DNA of 64,000 bases, from NCBI GenBank assembly GCA_030704615.1, contig CM060731.1, positions 75,082,001-75,146,000 on the forward strand. Reading direction: 5' to 3'. This document shows positions 48,473 to 59,400 of this stretch, one piece after another. The translations under genes and the position numbers were made by a program. Positions within the stretch are counted from its first letter, which is position 1, and each line of letters starts with the position of its first letter. This stretch comes from Takakia lepidozioides (taxonomy: Eukaryota; Plantae; Bryophyta). The notes beneath the pieces were generated by a model. That model had not been told where the DNA came from and made no database searches. It saw only the letters and a list, made by a program, of their open reading frames with translations.

Positions 48473-49812
48473 TTGAAGGACTTGGGAGCACTGAAGGGTC
48501 AAGAGATTCATATTGAGTTGACCACTGACACGCCAATCTTTCGGAGATCCTATAGATACAGTGACATGGAGAGGTCTTTGATTCAGATGAGGACTCAAGA
48601 TCTCTGGGAGGCTGGTTTGGTGGAGCTATCTGGTGGAGAGTATGCTTCAGCCACAGTGATGCCAACCAAGAATGATATCTATGGCAATTGGACGGAGAGA
48701 CGTATGTGCGGTGATTACCGGCCTGTAAATCGTCAGACCAAGTCCGATAAGTATGCCATGCCAACACCATAGGAGATCTTTGATGCCATCGGGCATGCTA
48801 AGGTCTTTAACACTTTGGATTTACGATCCGGATATCACCAGTTGCCGATCAAGGAGGCGGACAAGCAGAAGACGACATTCTGGGGGATCAATGAGCACGG
48901 CAAGGATTGCCTATACCAGTGGCGGTTCTTACCATTTGGGCTTAAGAACGCTCCTGCAGAGTTTCAGAGAGTCATGGATAGGATTCTAGCAGGGGTGGAC
49001 TTTGCTCGGTGCTACATAGATGACATCATCATCTTTAGTGCTACGGTGGAGGAGCATGAGAGGCACCTTCAGGTGGTATTGGAGCGCTTGAGAGCGCACG
49101 GATTGAAGTTGCATCCAGGGAAGTGCAAGTTTTTCCAGAACCAGATTGAGTATCTGGGTCACATGATATATCCTGGAGGATTGGGGGTATAACAGACTAA
49201 GATAGAGGCCATTGCACAAATTCCACGCCCCACGGATGTGAGCCGAGTTCGAGCTTTCATGGGGTTGACAAACTATTATAGACGGTTTGTCAAGGGATTT
49301 AGTGCCATTGCAAAGGCTCTAACCAAGCTGACCAAGAGTGGCAGTGGGAAGATGAGCAGGAACAAGCTTTTCAAGAGCTCAAGGCAAAGTTGACCTCGGC
49401 GCCTATCCTGAGACGACTTATCAGGGGGCGTCCCTTTTAGCTGTATACGGATTGAAGCATGCTGGGGCTTGGAGCGGTGCTCACATAGGTGGATGATGAG
49501 GGAAGAGAGTTCGTAGTGGCTTATGCTAGCCGCTCGAACAACGCTGCAGAGGCTAAGTATAGCTCATATGAGGGAGAGTGCTCAGCTGCAGTGTGGGCCG
49601 TGGCACACTTCAAGTGCTATCTATACATCAATCTCTTCACCCTTGTCACGGATCACCCACCACTCAAGTGGTTGATGGAATCAGACAAGCTTACGGGGAA
49701 GCTTGCACGGTGGGCACTCATAGTCCAGGAGTATGACTTTCAAGTTGTGCATCGACCGGGTTTGGTCAATTGGGATGAGGATGGATTGAGTCGCAATCCG
49801 TGCATGAGCTAG
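48473..49812 (+). pseudogene. Reverse transcriptase and RNase H of outer retrotransposon
   Basis: [40 protein letters not shown]; VVAYASRS, LVTDH, DGLSR; several stops. Confidence 0.9.
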
Positions 49813-50012
49813 TAGGATGACACTGGAGCTCGGTGGCATGGTGAGACAGACGAGGAGATGGTACTGGGATGACATGCATCTGCCTTTTTGTGTATCTTGG
49901 CATCGGGAGGTCAGGTTGGACCTACAATAGGAATGACTGTAGACGGAGTGTCTGAGGACCCTGAGGCTAGTGATGAGTCAGGTGGTACCGAGATATACAT
50001 GAGGATTCGGCT

Positions 50013-51146
50013 GTGTTGGACTACCTCCGTACTGGAGACACGACAACCACTGTGACTGCCAAGGAGAGGGATCGGATCCTGCAACGAACCAAGAGGTTCA
50101 AGTGGGAGGGGATACATCTGCTCCGAGTATGGGAGGATGGTCGGGTGAGGATTGTGCATCACCCCACACAGCGTGCACGGTTAGTGCGGCATGCCCATGA
50201 GGAGTTGGGGCATTTTGGAGTGCGACGCACTCACAGTTTACTTCAAGGGCAGTATTGGTGGCGTGGTATGCATACAGAGGTGCAACAGTTTGTGGCTAGG
50301 TGCATGGTGCGTGACAGTGTGCGTGCTTCATTCAACGCCCCTACACCACAGTTGCATCCTTTACTAATCACGGGATTGGGCTACAAGTGGAGTCTTGACT
50401 TCGCAGGACCGTTGCCACTGACTATGCGCCACCATAGATATGTGTTGGTGATGGTGGAGCACTTCTCCAAGTGGATTGAGTTGGTTCCATTGCCTGACAA
50501 GGCTAGTGAGGGGGCTACGTATGCATTCTTGGATCGTGTGCTTAGCCGATTCGGTGCTCCAGCTGAGATACTCACGGACCAAGGGAAAGAGTTCTTGGGG
50601 GAGTTTCAGGCTTTGTGTGATAAAGCCTTGATAGACCACCGCACCACTTCTCGGGATCATCCTGAGGCCGATGGCTTGGCAGAGAGAGTTGTTCAGACGG
50701 TAAAGAGGGGTTTGCGCAAGTATGGCTTGCAGAATGGACACCTAGGAGATTGGGATCTTCAGGTGCCTTGGTTAGCCCTGGGCTACAGGTTCAGCAAACA
50801 AGCATCACTTGCCTCATTCTCACCATATTCCCTTCTCTTTGGCCGAGAGCCGGATTTGCCTGCAGCCATTCATATGGACACTGCTCAAGTCCTTAACCTT
50901 GACGATCCGGACGTGTGGGTACGTGCATGTGATCAGCGTGCAGAGTTGTTCAAGAAAGTCATGCCCATGGCTTTTGAGAACCTTACCATTGCACAGCACC
51001 GTGATACGTTGAGGTATGTCATTATACGTGGTGGAGGATATCGTCCTGGGGTTCAGAGGTTTAGCCCGGGTGACTATGTTTATTTGCAGCAGACTACTCA
51101 TACGACCCTAGATGTCACTGCAGGGCGTGTTATTCTGAGGGTTTGA
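50013..51146 (+). pseudogene. DDE integrase of outer retrotransposon
   Basis: HEELGHFG..YWWRGM, SLDFAGPLP, ILTDQGKEF, HPEADGLAERVVQTVK. Confidence 0.9.
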
Positions 51147-51293
51147 GAGGTGTTGCCCTCAGGAGTCCTGATCTTGGAGGGTCGGGATGACATGACTTGG
51201 AAAGACCATGTGCGTAATTGTGCGCCATGTCACCTTCCCAACGTCGATGACAGAGTTGACCCAAACTTGGCAGTGGTACGTGCAGGTTTGAGG

Positions 51294-51417
51294 TGCATGC
51301 TCTGTGTGTCTACCAGAGGGGCAACTACCATGCTGGTGTGTGATCGATGCTCAAGAAGTTGGCTTGACACCACCTCTTGAGAGGGTTCCTGATGGAGATT
51401 GGTTATGTCCACACTGC
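51294..51417 (+). pseudogene. PHD finger at the C-terminus of the outer pol (small internal deletion)
   Basis: CMLC....MLVCDRCSRSW / LTPPLERVPDGDWLCPHC; the central HxxC is missing at a frameshift. Confidence 0.75.
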
Positions 51418-51686
51418 TTGGGATAGTGGCAGTGGACATGACTAGAGGCAGCTAACAAGACATGGGAGGCCAAGCTCATAGGAGTCAATATACGAGATCC
51501 CAGGCTCAAGTTCATAGGTTGCGAGACGGCGACTAATGATGGGGCAACTCTTGCACCCGGCCTCTTGATCTATCGAGTTTGAGTGTAGTAGGGACAGTGG
51601 TGGAGGACTTCGTGAGGCTATGGTCACTATCACATCTTGTGGCTACCTGGACTTAGAGGGACCTAAGCACCAGCTAGGGGGGCGAT

Positions 51687-52381
51687 TGTGTGGACTAGTG
51701 ATTGCCATAGTGGGCAGCATACTGGCAGCCTAGTGATTGACTAGTTGTAGCCTATTGGTTGGACTAGTGGCTGGACTAGTGGTGGATTAGTGGTATACTA
51801 GTGTGTGGTGTGCATATGTGTTGTGTGGTTTTGGACAGCGATGTAGTTGTGTAGCGATATGTATGCGCACGACAGCTGTCAAGTTATTTTACCACTAGTG
51901 TGAAACTAGCTAGGAAATAGCTAGCTTTTACATATTGACATTTGGGGATTGGCCCAAGTGTCAATCCAGGGATCAAGGCAGTTTTAGGCCCTGGAGTGAT
52001 TATCTTCACGGCAAGCGCGGGAGGCTCATCTTTCTCGAGTTGAGCCTCACCGCGCCTAGCTATGGCGCCGTAGTGTGGATTCCCCATGGCGTGGGGTGCA
52101 CTTGGCTTGACTTGTATTTGAGTGATGAGGTTATATATGCATGAGTTTATGCTTCAGCTTTGTGAGCTCGCATGAGCTTGTGCTTGTATTCTTCTTCTTT
52201 ATCATTGTATGGACTAGTGATTGCCATAGTGGGCAGCATAATGGCAGCCTAGTGACTGACTAGTTGTAGCCTAGTGGTTGGACTAGTGGTGGACTAGTGG
52301 TATACTAGTGTGTGGTGTGCACATGTGTTGTGTGGTTTTGGACAGCGATGTAGTTGTGTAGCGATATGTATGCGCACGACA
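51687..52381 (+). repeat. 3' repeat block B1 (51687-51874) - A2 (51877-52204) - B2 (52206-52381), preceded by a PPT-like agggggg
   Basis: tgt(g/a)tggactagtgattgcc...tgcgcacgaca occurs twice, flanking the second copy of repeat A. Confidence 0.9.
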
Positions 52382-55300
52382 ATGCGATTGACCATAATCG
52401 TTTAGACATACCCTTCCAAATATGTAGCCGCACATGCTCTCTAAAAGGTTATGGTCAATCATATTTCAAGTTTTTTAGTCACAACGCATGACATGGAAGA
52501 AGGGAAAAAAATATATGCGGTATATAGTGCAGAGTTGAAGAACCGGGTGTGTTTAACACCCCAAATATTTTTGAGATGTCGTTGGGACTAGAGGTCCTCA
52601 TTCGCATTCCCCTGATTGGTAGAAGATCTGAGCAGGTCTTCAAGTGGGATGGGAATGGCCAGTGGGTTCCGACTCTTATTAACATCTCCGACACATCGAT
52701 CTTTAACAAAACATGGCTATCCAAAGTGCCCAGGACGAACAAGCACTCTTGGCAGTTTTCTCCATCTGGAGTAACATATTCCTACGTGCATTTCATTCTT
52801 ACTCACGGATATTTTATTTTAGCAACATTGTTGTGATTATATAGTGGTGGTGCATTTAAAGGTTTTATTTCAATTGCTTATTTTGTTTTGGCGAAATTAG
52901 CTTCTGCATAACATGATAGATTTCTGATACTAATACTTGTGCATAAGAGTGGGCAATCCCTGTAAACGGATGTCTTGCATTCTCCTTCGGAAATGATGTT
53001 GAAGGATCTTTAACCTCAGCTGCAAATGAGGTCTTTGGCCATCAATCACTCGTAATCAATATTAGCTTCAGTATACTTGTTCTGTGGTGGTGCTGCTCAA
53101 TTCCTTTTCCTTCAAAATTCAGGTTTATGGCTATGTACCAATGTATATGTCTGCAGTATGCTTACTAACAGGCATTGACTCTCCGTTGTCTTCATAAGAT
53201 ATAGGTTACAGATCAGGAAGAGGTTTATAACTGCTGAGTTCCATTGTTTGTTTGTCAACTGATCTTGCAAATGTGTTACCTCTTGTAACGTTGAGATCTC
53301 TCAAACAACAAGGCTTCCTTCGGGTGCTTAATACCGATGGAAAGCCCTCGATGAGTATGGTGCATCGAGATGGTCTCATAATTTTTGGACCTATGATGTG
53401 GGAGATATTGAATTCCAGACATTTTTTGTCACAAACAATTCATGAAAAATAGAAAATTGGTTCTTTTTGGGAATATTGGCCCTTCATTTGTCTTTTGGTG
53501 TTATAAGTGTAAATATGTATATATTTACTGAAACGATGGTACAATATTTGCTCATGCGGCACAAGCCACACTAGTGAAAATAAAATAAAGATTTATAAAG
53601 TTACGTATTACAAAAGTTTTCATCTTAAAAAATAAAAGTTCAATTGAACGATGATTCTAAAGATATTTCATAGAAAGAGTTTGTTGCACATCAACATTTA
53701 TGATTTCTTAATGAGCTTAAAAAAAAGATGTGATTGCGCAACTAGAAGTGAATAATTTTTGTTAACAAAATTATATCAAAATTATTCACAGATAGCATGA
53801 AATTTTTACATCTAATGCATCCGACAACCATGACTATATAAATATTACGATAATTAAAATAAATATGTATGGTCACTAGCAAACGTGCATCATGAGGAAA
53901 TATGACACATACGATATAATTTTTTTATCATGTTAATAAATAAACCTATAATCCTATAATATTTTATAATAAAACTTATAAAATTGTATCATGTATTTTG
54001 AGGAAATTATACAAATCTTGATATCTTCATAAAACTATAATTGATAAATTAATAAGTTGTAACAGTTGTCTTTTGTTAGAGTGAACTCCTAACCAACAGT
54101 CTTTACAACCTATTTGTACAAAAGATGACCTAGTTCGTCCAATTGTGTTGTTGGAGACAAATATGGTGGACAAGGGCATATAGGGCAATTAGGAGGTTTC
54201 TTATAATCATAGGTGTAGCTTGATTCTCCTCTAAATAAGGTCTTTGTTGGCCAGTCAGGGATGATGGGTGGTGGATCCACCCACTTCTTCGGAAAGTGGT
54301 GATAATAAGTTGTTTCTTGGGGATTTGCATGCCTGTGTATATCCAATATACAACCTTTGTTAATGAATTTTGTAAGCAAACAAAGACACATGATGCAATG
54401 GTTAGGGCATATGGTTGTCTTGCAAATACTAGTTGTTGAACCATTCTATGGGACTAAGTAGGAGGTGAAATGTCAAAGGAAATTCAATTGATGTTAAGAT
54501 ATAGTAACATTCTTTTCCCTGTGGGGATTTTCAGCATGATACTCATATACACAAAAATCGTTGTAGAGTTCTTATATTACCAACCTGAAGACTTTTATTG
54601 GGTCTACTGGAGGGGGATGTATTGGTTTTTTCGTATATTTATCCTTCATTTCTGAAGTCCCGGTCTTAAATCCTTCGTCGAAAGGGAGGATCTTCTTGGA
54701 AGGGTCATGTTGAGGCCACACTGGCCAAGTTAGGCAGTTGTGTGTCCCACAAGTGCAAAGTTTGCACACACACAACTTTGTACGACTCTATGTCCATCAA
54801 GGTGTTGAGAGCAAAAATTGATACCAAGGTCAGTCTAATGGCGACAAATTATCACAAATAAAAACTGCATGAATGATATTTTATATGTAAAATCTGCTCA
54901 CATCATCTCTCATATATGTATATATACCCCAACCCTCATCATTTTTTGACCGAATATAACATGCAGATGAGAGATGACGTTGTCCGAAGCCAGTGTACTG
55001 CCCCCTTTGTATAATTTTGTTGGGTTTAGTGGATATTGCAAAGTTTATTTCTCGACTATCCCCCGTTTTCATTAAATCTCTCTTAATTACACGATTATTT
55101 CAATTTGCTGACACAGGCTGAAACTACTTGGTAGAAGGAAAGCAAGTGAATTAGAAAGTTGGATAACTTTAGTTGATGAAAAAACCTTAACTTGACAATA
55201 CATAAACTAAAATTGAGAAGGGGAAAAAAAAAGCTATAATCCTTCCATTTGTGCTCATAAGATGGGTTAAAGTGCAAGATTTTGCGTTGACTAGCTTTTC

Positions 55301-55847
55301 TGTTCTGCTGTTTCAAGGGCCTATTTGCCCCCTTGCTCACATCCGCGGTGTCTCACCTCATTCTCTTGAGTGCGCCTTATGGTGAGCTTCAGGGTTTTTA
55401 TTTATTTTCCCTCCAATAATTCATAATAGAGTTTCCAGGGCCACCGTTTCATTTAAAGAAAAAGGAAAGAAGAAAAAAAGTGTGATCATTCCATATCCAT
55501 ATTGCAAGGTTTTGGGTTTCGAACTTACAACAAATTGCTTCTTCTCACCCCCAGCAAAAGACATATTTCTTTCCAACTGAACGGTGCTTTTCTCCTCAGC
55601 TGGGAACTTATTTTTTTGATACTCTTCTCACAACAAGCAGGTCTCCAATTCCGGTTCTAGCCTTTCACACTGGAGACCCACTATGTTACTACATATTCTC
55701 CCGCAATCCATCCTTATCAAATGAAATATGCCAACAAAATCACTCTGATTTTTTTTTTCATTGTATAATTTCAAAATTTGACCTGTCGCCTAGTGCAACT
55801 CCGAATTTATCCCTGAGTCCTCGGTCGAACATTGTTTCGGGAATTTC

Positions 55848-55981
55848 AATTATTAATGCGATAAACTCACCTGTTGACCCACAAGCTCCATCGAATAATC
55901 CATTAGCGCTGATGTTTCTAGAATTCTAATTATTAATGCGATAAACTCACCTGTTGACCCGCCAGCTCCATGGAGTAATCC
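55848..55981. repeat. Tandem duplication with 80-bp period upstream of the phosphorylase gene
   Basis: aattattaatgcgataaactcacctgttgaccc.c.agctccat.ga.taatcc occurs at 55848 and 55928. Confidence 0.8.
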
Positions 55982-56473
55982 AATAGCCCTGAATCCTAGG
56001 TTATTGGTTCCACGCTCTTCTATATATCAAGGTACGATATTAGGTGTGCCCCTGGGATTAGTTGGCTTGCATATGTTACAAAATATAAATAAGTAAATAA
56101 ATAAATAAATAAAATTTAGTCAAGGCTGCATCACCCATCCATTTCATACAAATTGATGGTTGAGATTCTATCTACCTTTTCGTGTTCCTGCCTCTTCAAA
56201 GATACCTTTACCTCTTTACTTTTGCCTCTTAAGTTACCTCTTGGAATCTTAAAAGTGCCTCTTCAGATAATTCATTGCCCTGCAAATTCTTCGTCAAATG
56301 GATAAGGCAGTGTGAGCACAACAGGAGGTCTTGGGCTCAAATCCACGTCGGCCTTGTGTGTAGCACACACAAACCGCACGTGGGGAAAGTATTCACGCAC
56401 GCGCCGTCTCGCAGACTTGCTCTGATCGTCTCTTCGAATGCGGGAGAGAGAGGGTGGAGGGAGCAGTGCGGGG

Positions 56474-59400
56474 ATGGCGCTGGCGATGGCTGCAGCAGTA
56501 GCGCAGGGAGTCGGAGCTTCGTTTTTGTCGTTCCAGCACTGGGAGGTTTCTCGTAAGGCATCGTGGAGGGGCGGCATCGCAGGAACGCGGTTGAGGACTA
56601 GTTTGGAAGGGAGCGATCGGAGTCTTGTTGCCACGGGAGCATCTTGCATTCGCTGCGTTGCGAGCGAGCCCAGGGCGAAGACAATTTCTAATGACGAATG
56701 TGTGGTTTCCTACTGTTTCCCTGGATTCGTCTCTTCTGGCTCTGGCTGTGTGTATGGTGCTGTGGTGGAGAGAAGCTCCTTCTTTGTCCTTCCTTCTTTT
56801 GCTTAGGGGCTCATGGCATTGCTTTCTGTACGACATTCCTCACTCCACCGCCTGACCTCTTAAGGATATCCTCCCGCATTTTGCATTTCGTTCCTGGTAC
56901 TGAATTACTTTAGTAATCGATGATCACACTCCTGACCAGCTGATCCAGACCAGCTGATTCCGATTAAGACAGCTGATCCAGACCAGCTGGTGTTAGTCCA
57001 CCAGATTAACTTAGGATGCCGTGTTTTGGAGGGCATTTAGCTGGTTTTAAGGGTCGAAGTGTCTCCATAGACTACACGATACTAAAGTAATTTCACTATT
57101 TCTGTGCTCGTAGTTTACTTTTCATAACAATGAAATCACATTTCTTCTGTTGTCTATGGTATCATGCAGTACCAGTTGTTCCCGCAGATGCACATCCATC
57201 CTCTGAAGATGCTACAGCCATCGCCTCAAATATCAAGTACCATGCTGAGTACACACCCTCTTTCTCCCCATACAAATTTGAGGTGAAACAAGCCTATGTG
57301 GCCACAGCTGAGAGTGTGAGAGACACTTTGATCCACAGATGGAATGAAACCTTCCAGCACTTCCAGAACACAAATTCCAAGACAATCCATTATCTATCCA
57401 TGGAGTTTCTTCAGGTTGGTTGATACTTCTCATCTGCGTGATCGTCTGTGAGTATAAGAAGTGGTTAGCAGTTTTTTGAGCCCTGAGCATATAGTCTAAA
57501 GTGCCTTAATTGAAGACTTGTGTGGTTTTTGGCTGTTTCTTTGCTGTTCCATGAGGGTGATCAATCGTGTCCGAAACTGTGGTTACACAAACCAGTATGA
57601 ATTGGCAATATTGCTTTTCCGCCAGGGAAAATTTTAAAGTTTATTGCAATGCCTTTCTGATGCACTTGTGTTGCAGTGTAGAGCAGTAGGCAGAGTTTGT
57701 TGCAGCAACTATTGCTTGGCTGTGGCAGCTCTATGACTCTGGTGCAGAGTTAAAGTGGATGGGGGCCAGGCTTTAAGTCCCAGCCCTCCTGCTGGCCACA
57801 TAGTTCCCACCAATACCATTTTTTTTGTTGTTCAAGAGGACAGATTTATACAAGCACATTTCATAAATTTTGCATACAGGTTGCCATCTACATGATGAAC
57901 ACTCTTTGGAGACAGCAGCATCAATCTGATTGTTCTCGGTCACTTGCATAAAATAAGTGTTACAATTACCAGCAAGCACGTTGATAACAATGAATGATGT
58001 GCATAATTTTTTGCTGGTTTATATAGGGCAGGGCCCTATTGAACGCTATTGGAAATCTAGAGCTGAAGGATGCATATTCCCAGGCCCTGCAGAAATTGGG
58101 GCATGATCTCGAGGAAGTGGCTGAGCAGGTATCACTGTGCTCATGTTTATTCCTGTTGATTGGCATTCACTGCTGGACTTCTTTCAGAGACATTCTTGGC
58201 TATATATTAGAATGAGAATTTCGGGTTGCCATGCTTGTTTTGGCCACGTAAATTGATGAATGGGAAATTTGACGCTTTCATTTGGTTTGTTCTTTTCTGT
58301 TGCGTCCTTGTTGTCATAGTAATACCCCATTTTTATATGCATGATCCTTGGTTTGGCAAGAAGTCGATTTGTAGGTCAGATATCTTTGTTAGTGTCTGAA
58401 TGCCTATGGCTCTGACTGGACAATTGTCTCTTTACATTGTTCTAATTTTGTTAGCAGGAGCCGGATGCGGCTCTTGGGAATGGAGGGTTAGGAAGGTTGG
58501 CATCATGTTTTTTGGATTCACTGGCTACACTCAATTATCCCGCTTGGGGATATGGATTACGCTACAAGTATGGCCTTTTCCATCAAAACATCACAAAAGA
58601 AGGCCAGAAGGAGGAGGTGGAGAAGTGGCTTGAGGTAATACTTTTTAGCATCCCAAAATATGTAACTCTCGATTGTGTTGATAGGTCATGGTTCATAAAA
58701 GCCGTATTCATGTATCAAGCTGAATGTGTAAATTGGGACTGGTTGTGCTAAGAGCTAGAAAGTCCTGGGGCTGTTGCAGATGGGTTATCCCTGGGAGATT
58801 CCAAGGCATGACATCTCGTATCCAGTCAGATTCTTTGGCAAGGTCATTGAAAATTATGATGGAAAGAAAGAGTGGGTGGGTGGAGAAAATGTGAGAGCGT
58901 TTGCGTATGATGTGCCCATTCCTGGCTTTCGGACCAAGAATGTAATCAGCTTGCGACTGTGGTCTACAAAAGCGTTGGCTGAGGACTTTAATCTTGATGC
59001 TTTCAATGCTGGGGAACATGAAAAGGCTGCTCTTGCACATGCTAATGCTGAAAAGGTAACAATTTGTGCTCTCTCTCTCTTGGAACACCATGAGGTGCAT
59101 CATACAATTTTTTCCTCTCCCGCTCCATGTCTACGGTCTTGTACATGACTGGTAAACAAGGTTTGGGTGTGTCTGAGCTGCCAAGTGATAACCTTGCCTT
59201 TGCTCTAGGGCTGGCAGGTGCATGGGCTACAGACTTCTTCTAGGTAGTGAGGAGGAGCTGGCTTTTCTTAATTGAAGTATTGGAGGGATTTGCTGGTGGG
59301 TCAGATTTGTTACGTATTGTATCCAGGTGATGCCACGCTCGAAGGGAAAATGTTGCGTCTGAAGCAGCAGTACACACTGTGCTCAGCGTCCCTACAAGAT

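Larger units (their letters stand above)
34657..52381 (+). mobile_element. Decayed Ty3/Gypsy-type retrotransposon: gag-PR-DNMT-RT-RH-INT-PHD, with split direct repeats
   Basis: Termini TGTC...GACA with a 4-bp TSD (atgt/atgc). Domain order PR-RT-RH-INT is Gypsy-type. Many premature stops. Confidence 0.9.
34524..52583. mobile_element. Small foldback/MITE-like element (about 150-bp inverted arms) split by the retrotransposon: 34524-34656 plus 52382-52583
   Basis: aacgtcatctcaaaaatattgg..gtgttaaactcacccggttcttcagctctgcacta...cttgaaatg/gattgaccataa is the reverse complement of ttatggtcaatcatatttcaag...tagtgcagagttgaagaaccgggtgtgtttaacac..aaatatttttgagatgtcgtt. Confidence 0.8.

Noticed and set aside
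52600-54800. Short ORF-like patches between the retrotransposon and the phosphorylase gene
   Set aside because: No recognisable domain, interrupted frames and AT-rich sequence; possibly old TE or gene debris, but unsupported.
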